From assembly GCA_041738615.1 (NCBI GenBank), contig JBGSPL010000004.1, forward strand, positions 65,203-129,202: a stretch of 64,000 bases of DNA, read 5' to 3'. This DNA comes from Patescibacteria group bacterium (GTDB lineage: Bacteria > Patescibacteriota > CPR2 > UBA1875 > CAIMLA01). This document shows, one piece after another, positions 58,919-64,000 of the stretch. Every line of letters starts with the position of its first letter. Position 1 is the stretch's first letter. The position numbers and the translations under genes were made by a program. Below the pieces are notes generated by a model. It was not told the DNA's origin, ran no database searches, and worked only from the letters and a program-made list of their open reading frames with translations.

Positions 58919-59511
58919 AGCTACATACTATCAGAAAATCCTCAATAATGGCATAACTCAGACAGTACCCGTAATGCCGAAGGGCCTCTTCCCAGCTCGG
59001 AAAGAAGCCCCCGCGATGTTCGTGAGACGACTATGAAGGGTGGACTGGAGAAGGTGTTTTCTCAGGTTCCGCCCGAGGCCCTCCTAAGTCGTTAGGGAAT
59101 CTAGGCTGTTCGCCGGCAAGTAACTCTGGGTGCATCTCAACCTCTCTAGCGACAGACTCTCGAGAGTCCAGATACTGCGCCAGAGGTATGCGGCAGAGAA
59201 TTTTGGGCGGTATCCCTTGCTGCTGCTCACTCACAGGAACAAAGAAGTTCACCGTCTTTCTATTTGCGTCCAGCTCGGCCAACAAGCCTTCCGGCTCTGT
59301 ACCAGCTCCAAAAGGGAACGCAGCCATTCCAATCCCCGCCCCTCACTATTAGTGACGCATAATCGATCAGTAAACTGATTGATCCTCTGTATATAATTAT
59401 ACCATTTGGGGCAACTGGAGTAGAGCGAGCAGGGTGGTTGTAGGCAGGTTCGGCTGTGCGCGTTATGAGTCGTTTTTGCCTCCCCTGGTATAATTAGATA
59501 GAGACAAGGAG

Positions 59512-60225
59512 ATGAAAATGAAAAATGATTTTTCCGATTTGAAAGCAGTGATTATAAACTGCACACTCAAAAAAACCCCAGAAGTGTCTAATACAGAGGG
59601 TCTTTTCGATATTGCCAAAAGGATTATGGAAAAGCAGGGAATCGAAGTGGAAGTGATCAGAGCTGTTGACTACGAGATTGCCCCAGGGGTCTATCCTGAC
59701 ATGACAGAGCATGGTTGGGAAACAGATGATTGGCCGAAAATACAAAAGCGGGTTATGGGTGCAAATATCCTTATAGTAGCTACCCCAATCTGGCTAGGGG
59801 ACAAGTCTTCTGTCTGCACAAAGGTAATAGAGAGACTCTACGGCTTCTCGGGAAAACTGAATGAAAAAGGACAGTATGCATACTACGGACGCGTCGGCGG
59901 ATGCGTAATTACGGGTAACGAAGATGGGGCAAAGCATTGCGCGATGAACATCCTTTATAGTCTGCAACATCTCGGCTACGTAATACCTCCCCAGGCAGAC
60001 AGCGCCTGGCTAGGACCTATCGGTCCCGGTCCATCCTACATGGACAAGGAGGCGCACGCCTTTGAGAATGACTTCACGAACAGGAATACAACATTTATGA
60101 CCTGGAACCTGATACATATGGCAAGAATGCTCAAAGATAACGGGGGAATGCCGGCTTATGGTAATCAGCGTTCAGAGTGGGACGCGGGGTGTCGCTTTGA
60201 TTTCGAAAACCCAGAATATAGGTAA
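59512..60225 (+). CDS. NAD(P)H-dependent FMN reductase / flavodoxin-like fold oxidoreductase
   Basis: AVIINCTLKKTP...ILIVATPIW pattern; extended -10 tggtataat and SD aaggag upstream. Confidence 0.7.
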   Translation: MKMKNDFSDLKAVIINCTLKKTPEVSNTEGLFDIAKRIMEKQGIEVEVIRAVDYEIAPGVYPDMTEHGWETDDWPKIQKRVMGANILIVATPIWLGDKSSVCTKVIERLYGFSGKLNEKGQYAYYGRVGGCVITGNEDGAKHCAMNILYSLQHLGYVIPPQADSAWLGPIGPGPSYMDKEAHAFENDFTNRNTTFMTWNLIHMARMLKDNGGMPAYGNQRSEWDAGCRFDFENPEYR

Positions 60226-60257
60226 GATGCACTGTTTGGCGGGGTGAACCAGAGGAA

Positions 60258-60755
60258 CTATTTTTTGCTATATGCGTAGTACTCGAACGGTGGAAGTTCG
60301 GGAAATCGTTTATTCTTCTCACTTAGTACAATTAATCGCTTTAGATTAAACGACCAAACTAACTCATAGACGATAGCTGACAGGGGGAGTTTGGTAAGTT
60401 TTATCTTCGAAAACCCTCTAGTTAAGGCCATTTTTACTACAACAGGGTTTCTAGTTGTGAGATATATTATCTTTTTAGTATTCTGGTAGCGCTCCAGTGC
60501 GGCAACAAATAGTTTCTCGCCCACGCCGAGACCGCGCCTAGTTTCCAGCACAATCAAGATCTTCAGGTCAATGAAATCTCCGCCCTCTGTCACGACAAAA
60601 CACCCAGCAAGGCCCTCGGTATCCTCCGCAACAAAGCATTGTTTAAAGCGGGTTAGCTCTCTGGGGCTATAGTAAATAATATTGCCAGTGTTTCGTATCT
60701 CGTGCGAGATCAATCGGGCTTCATTTATATCTAGTTTTCGCCTAGTTATCAGCAT
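60258..60755 (-). CDS. GNAT family N-acetyltransferase
   Basis: RRGLGVGEKLF acetyl-CoA binding motif. Confidence 0.75.
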   Translation of the reverse strand: MLITRRKLDINEARLISHEIRNTGNIIYYSPRELTRFKQCFVAEDTEGLAGCFVVTEGGDFIDLKILIVLETRRGLGVGEKLFVAALERYQNTKKIIYLTTRNPVVVKMALTRGFSKIKLTKLPLSAIVYELVWSFNLKRLIVLSEKNKRFPELPPFEYYAYSKK

Positions 60756-60909
60756 GGTTATATATTAGCAGATAACATTAAGATTTAGCCATACAACGAC
60801 CTATCATCATTGTTTTGGTCTCGCATAGTAAGAATATAGTTTTTTGTTGGGGTTGCATTATGCTTAAGGTAAATGGCATAATAGGGCTATTGATGACGAA
60901 GGAGCCATT

Positions 60910-61374
60910 ATGCCAGAAGGAGTGCAGCCGTTTAATCCGGAATCCGATAGACCAGCTGAATATATGGGTAATTGGGTAGATTCGAATGTTGCCGAAGCAG
61001 AAGAAGCTGCTATTGATGGTGGGGGCAATAACGTAGAACGAACAGTCAAAGTCGACTATGAGGCCGAGAGACTAATCCACCAGTCAGTATTAGAAGCTAT
61101 TAGCGATTCTTTATCCTCCAAATTTGAGAGTTTGAAAATCGTTCAAGAACCAGAAGGACAGTTTAGCTACTCGATGAAATTAAAGGACGGCAGGGAGGTA
61201 CTTGCAACCTTTCTCCGTGGACGCGCTGGTGAGGGGACCCTTGACCTTAACCTTGAGGTCCGTCAGGACTTGGCTGATGAGGTTACTCCTGTGTTTCAAA
61301 CAATTGCTCAAGAGATCGGAGCTAAATACAGTATACTCGTTAACATAAGTATTAAAGAGATACCTAGAGACTAA
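60910..61374 (+). CDS. hypothetical acidic protein
   Basis: 154-aa ORF, no recognisable domain. Confidence 0.4.
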   Translation: MPEGVQPFNPESDRPAEYMGNWVDSNVAEAEEAAIDGGGNNVERTVKVDYEAERLIHQSVLEAISDSLSSKFESLKIVQEPEGQFSYSMKLKDGREVLATFLRGRAGEGTLDLNLEVRQDLADEVTPVFQTIAQEIGAKYSILVNISIKEIPRD

Positions 61375-61407
61375 TAAATGTAAATGGTAGAGTTATTCAA
61401 GCTACAA

Positions 61408-61435
61408 TAAAAGAGACCCGCCTGGGTCTCTTTTA
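61408..61435. terminator. bidirectional intrinsic terminator
   Basis: aagagaccc-gcct-gggtctc followed by tttt. Confidence 0.75.
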
Positions 61436-61443
61436 TAATGAAG

Positions 61444-61926
61444 CTATTTTGTTGCGTTGTCGCAGGTGCCGTCACCGTTCGCATCTACGAAACCAGAACC
61501 ATTTCCAGATCCGTTGTGCATTTTAGATCCCCCGTTACCACCACCATTTCCACCCCAAGCAGGCTTACCAGCTGCGGTTCTGATGGTAACCTGAGAACCA
61601 TCAGCTTTAGTTAAGTTCCAGGCGCTGATTGTGCCTGCAGTTTTCTCTAAGCCTTCGACTTTGACATTATCACCAGCCTGAACTGTTGTGTCAACATAGC
61701 CGCGTTTACCTAGATTTACTGTGTATGATTTTCCATCGGAATCCTTTACTTGGATCTGATTTTTACCAGTCGTAGAGACGCTCTCTACACTCCCAGAAAC
61801 TCCCACTTTAGCTACTTCTGTGCCACTTGGTGTCTTTACTGTTCCCAGTGAAGCCTTGGCAAAGACTACACCCGTAGAAAGTAAGGATATAGCCACTGCT
61901 GTTCCGACGATCAATGTTTTATTCAT
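61444..61926 (-). CDS. secreted protein with signal peptide and Gly/Asn-rich C-terminus (start at MNKTLIV)
   Basis: Signal peptide MNKTLIVGTAVAISLLSTGVVFA; GGNGGGNGGS...DANGDGTCDN tail; last gene of the ECF-sigma cluster. Confidence 0.45.
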   Translation of the reverse strand: MNKTLIVGTAVAISLLSTGVVFAKASLGTVKTPSGTEVAKVGVSGSVESVSTTGKNQIQVKDSDGKSYTVNLGKRGYVDTTVQAGDNVKVEGLEKTAGTISAWNLTKADGSQVTIRTAAGKPAWGGNGGGNGGSKMHNGSGNGSGFVDANGDGTCDNATK

Positions 61927-62004
61927 TATTTTCTCCTTTTCTAGAAGGGTGTTAATCATTCCTTCTGTAAGTAATACGGCGTTAGAGAAAAAATATTTCA
62001 AACC

Positions 62005-62463
62005 TTATCGTATATTACGATGATAGCCGTTACCTTGGCCTCTGCCGTTCATCTGGCCAAAGCCTTTTTCTAGAGTTTCATTGAAGTTAGAAACTGAAAG
62101 TAGAAAACCAGTAATGATGATTACTAAAGAAACTATTCCGATTATCCAGGCCAGTCGTTTTTTATAAGCGCCAGTATAGTGGTAGATTATCCATGTGAGT
62201 AAACCGATACCAGAGACACCGAGTATGACAATCCACCAAGGTATGACAGAAAAAACATGTTCCCAACGATTCGAACCTAGACCTAAGCCGAGACCTCTAC
62301 GTGGTAAATAGAAACTAAGGTTTACTAGAAATATCACGAGCAGTGTTAGTGCAACAATTCCGATCTCTGAAAGAGCTTTCATTATTCTGAAGAAAGACTT
62401 CGGTCGCATCTTCACTTCGTTCTTGTCGATGCTTTGCATTACCTTGTTTTTTAGCTCACTCAT
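62005..62463 (-). CDS. membrane protein, probable anti-sigma factor-like partner of the ECF sigma factor
   Basis: 3 TM helices; start overlaps sigma gene stop (4-nt overlap). Confidence 0.4.
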   Translation of the reverse strand: MSELKNKVMQSIDKNEVKMRPKSFFRIMKALSEIGIVALTLLVIFLVNLSFYLPRRGLGLGLGSNRWEHVFSVIPWWIVILGVSGIGLLTWIIYHYTGAYKKRLAWIIGIVSLVIIITGFLLSVSNFNETLEKGFGQMNGRGQGNGYHRNIR

Positions 62464-63020
62464 AGTATCTCCTCAAGATGGATGTCTTTAAAATGCTTCT
62501 TTATCTCGTTCTTTCCTCTGCTCAGGTAAGTTCCCACGGTATTCACAGGCAGGTGCATGATCTCCGAAATTTCTTCATAGCTTTTATCTTCATAGAAGCG
62601 AAAGACAATCACTTCTCGATATTTGAGCGGGATAGTGAGCAGGGCCCTTTCTAATAACTCTTTCTGAGCACCAGTGTCAATTTTCTTCTGTATAATCTCT
62701 GCGTTATTTTCGCCACTGGCGATCTCTACTACTTCATCTAGTGCAACGTGTTTAGTATTTTTGCGGTAGTGAGTAATCGCTTCGTTGTGAGCTATACGGT
62801 ATATCCAAGAGGAAAACTTCCTTTTGGGGTCATATGAGTTGATGTTCTTATAGGCTTTCAGGAACGTTTCTTGGAGAGCATCGGCACAGTTTTCTCTGTC
62901 ACCAAGCATACGGTAAATAAAGGCGCAAAGTGGTTTTTCGAATCGGTCTATGACCTCTCCGAAAGCCTCTTTGTCACCATCCTGAACCATAACGGCTATT
63001 TCTTCATCTGTCAGTAGCAT
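62460..63020 (-). CDS. RNA polymerase sigma-70 factor, ECF subfamily
   Basis: Region 2 (FIYRMLGDRENCADALQETFLKAY...YRIAHNEAI) and region 4 (EEISEIMHLPVNTVGTYLSRGK) signatures. Confidence 0.85.
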   Translation of the reverse strand: MLLTDEEIAVMVQDGDKEAFGEVIDRFEKPLCAFIYRMLGDRENCADALQETFLKAYKNINSYDPKRKFSSWIYRIAHNEAITHYRKNTKHVALDEVVEIASGENNAEIIQKKIDTGAQKELLERALLTIPLKYREVIVFRFYEDKSYEEISEIMHLPVNTVGTYLSRGKNEIKKHFKDIHLEEIL

Positions 63021-63029
63021 ATGCCCTTA

Positions 63030-63713
63030 TTATATCTTCTTTTTGAATACAGTTACAAAGTATCTCCAGTGCCAGATGATGTGAAAGACGGAAACTGCGG
63101 TCATGGCTACGCCGGCCTCAACGTGCCAATAAAGCATATTGAAGGGTAGGGGAATTACTAAGCCGTTACTAATTCTGAGGACAAGAAAACACCCAAGTAC
63201 AGCCGATACAAGGAAGAAGCCGAGAAGGAACCAATTCCAAATCTTCTTGTGTAAAGCATAGCCCAGGATCTTAAATCTAGACAAAATGAAACTAACTATA
63301 TAAATCAAAAGTAGGCCGATGGAGATAGGAAAGAAGTTGTACTGTTTCTCTGGTGTAGATACCTTGGGAACCTCTACGGTTTCAGTGGTTGTATCTTTTG
63401 CAGTGACAACTTCTCCCTCTTCAGCCTGCAGCTTTGCAGCAAGATCCTTTATAGTACTTGTTTCTGCACCATAGTTGTCTGCTAGTAACTGAAAGGTATC
63501 GCTAGTCTTTACGTTTACTCCTATCGATTTAGTAAGTTCTTTGGCGAAATTGTCGGCGTTGATGTTGTAAATAACTGCTACTTCGGTCACGGTTTTTGCT
63601 TTTAGGTCTTTGCCGGAAAGCTCAACCGTAGCAGCATTGACGGATCTGGCGCCGCCGAATGTTGTTACTAAAACGATTCCCAGTACTAGAATAATCCCTT
63701 GTAGTATTTTCAT
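63030..63713 (-). CDS. membrane protein with signal peptide and C-terminal His-containing TM helices (DUF4405-like); start at MKILQG
   Basis: WHVEAGVAMTAVSVFHIIWHWRYF. Confidence 0.45.
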   Translation of the reverse strand: MKILQGIILVLGIVLVTTFGGARSVNAATVELSGKDLKAKTVTEVAVIYNINADNFAKELTKSIGVNVKTSDTFQLLADNYGAETSTIKDLAAKLQAEEGEVVTAKDTTTETVEVPKVSTPEKQYNFFPISIGLLLIYIVSFILSRFKILGYALHKKIWNWFLLGFFLVSAVLGCFLVLRISNGLVIPLPFNMLYWHVEAGVAMTAVSVFHIIWHWRYFVTVFKKKI

Positions 63714-63940
63714 TATTTCTCCTATTTTACTAGTAGTACGCAAATATATAGAAAATATTTCAAAACAATTGAATAAGTAGTGTATTAAAAAATATAACTG
63801 GCTTCCGCAAACTAATGTTTGTAATGGTGGAGCATAGCCCGTGCAAATGAACGTGTTCATCCGTTTGGGCGGGTAGATGAAGCATGGAACTACTATATTA
63901 ATACTGCCTCAGAGTTTGTATAATTATTCTAAGGAGAGTT

Positions 63941-64000
63941 ATGAAAGAAACAATTTTAGTTACTGGTGCTACGGGGAATGTCGGCAGAGAAATTATTGCG
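63941..64000 (+). CDS. NAD(P)-binding Rossmann-fold oxidoreductase (NmrA/SDR-like), partial at window end
   Basis: MKETILVTGATGNVGREIIA = TGxxGxxG nucleotide-binding motif. Confidence 0.5.
   Translation, partial: MKETILVTGATGNVGREIIA

Noticed and set aside
1-64000. CRISPR arrays, transposases, integrases, phage genes
   Set aside because: No regularly spaced short repeats and no recognisable mobile-element proteins were seen anywhere in the window. This includes the high-GC island, which therefore lacks an obvious mobilisation mechanism.

Overview
The window is a gene-dense bacterial chromosomal segment (about 45-48% GC) and looks like a reduced-genome, Gram-positive-type or Patescibacteria (CPR)-like lineage; that lineage call is tentative. 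It carries many housekeeping genes. Cell-envelope genes include murI, murD, a GatD/MurT pair, an LTA-synthase-family gene, a DUF3048 gene, a processive GT2 and a bactofilin gene. Translation-related genes include rplY, rpmB, the infC-rpmI-rplT operon, thrS, miaA and miaB. Metabolic genes include MEP-pathway ispG/ispH, a malic enzyme gene and a glutamate dehydrogenase gene. Six tRNA genes (Asp, Gly, Thr, Pro, Val, Leu) and a bacterial type-A RNase P RNA (rnpB) were recognised by eye. A T-box riboswitch (Thr specifier ACC, UGGA bulge matching the UCCA end of the local tRNA-Thr) lies directly downstream of tRNA-Val and upstream of an 89-aa ORF translationally coupled to thrS. The most unusual content is listed below. 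(1) A roughly 4.2 kb segment (about 1640..5830) has markedly higher GC, about 58-60% with GC3-rich codons. It embeds tRNA-Asp and encodes a three-gene cassette of unknown function, a STAS-domain protein and a PlsC-type acyltransferase. This is either horizontally acquired or an assembly chimera. (2) A 2369-aa secreted giant protein (DUF2341 with an inserted LamG domain, a second LamG, many FN3 and Ig-like modules) sits 3 nt upstream of a MacB/FtsX-type ABC transporter pair, with a paralogous pair elsewhere in the window. This is a candidate surface-structure assembly or attachment system. (3) A conserved hairpin element about 55 nt long, with covarying stems and conserved flanks, occurs three times, each about 52 nt upstream of a different tRNA gene. 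(4) A Listeria-Bacteroides-repeat surface protein carries a near-identical 114-bp internal duplication and lies next to a CAP-domain secreted protein. No CRISPR arrays, transposases or integrases were seen. All calls are from reading the sequence and ORF translations only; no searches were run.
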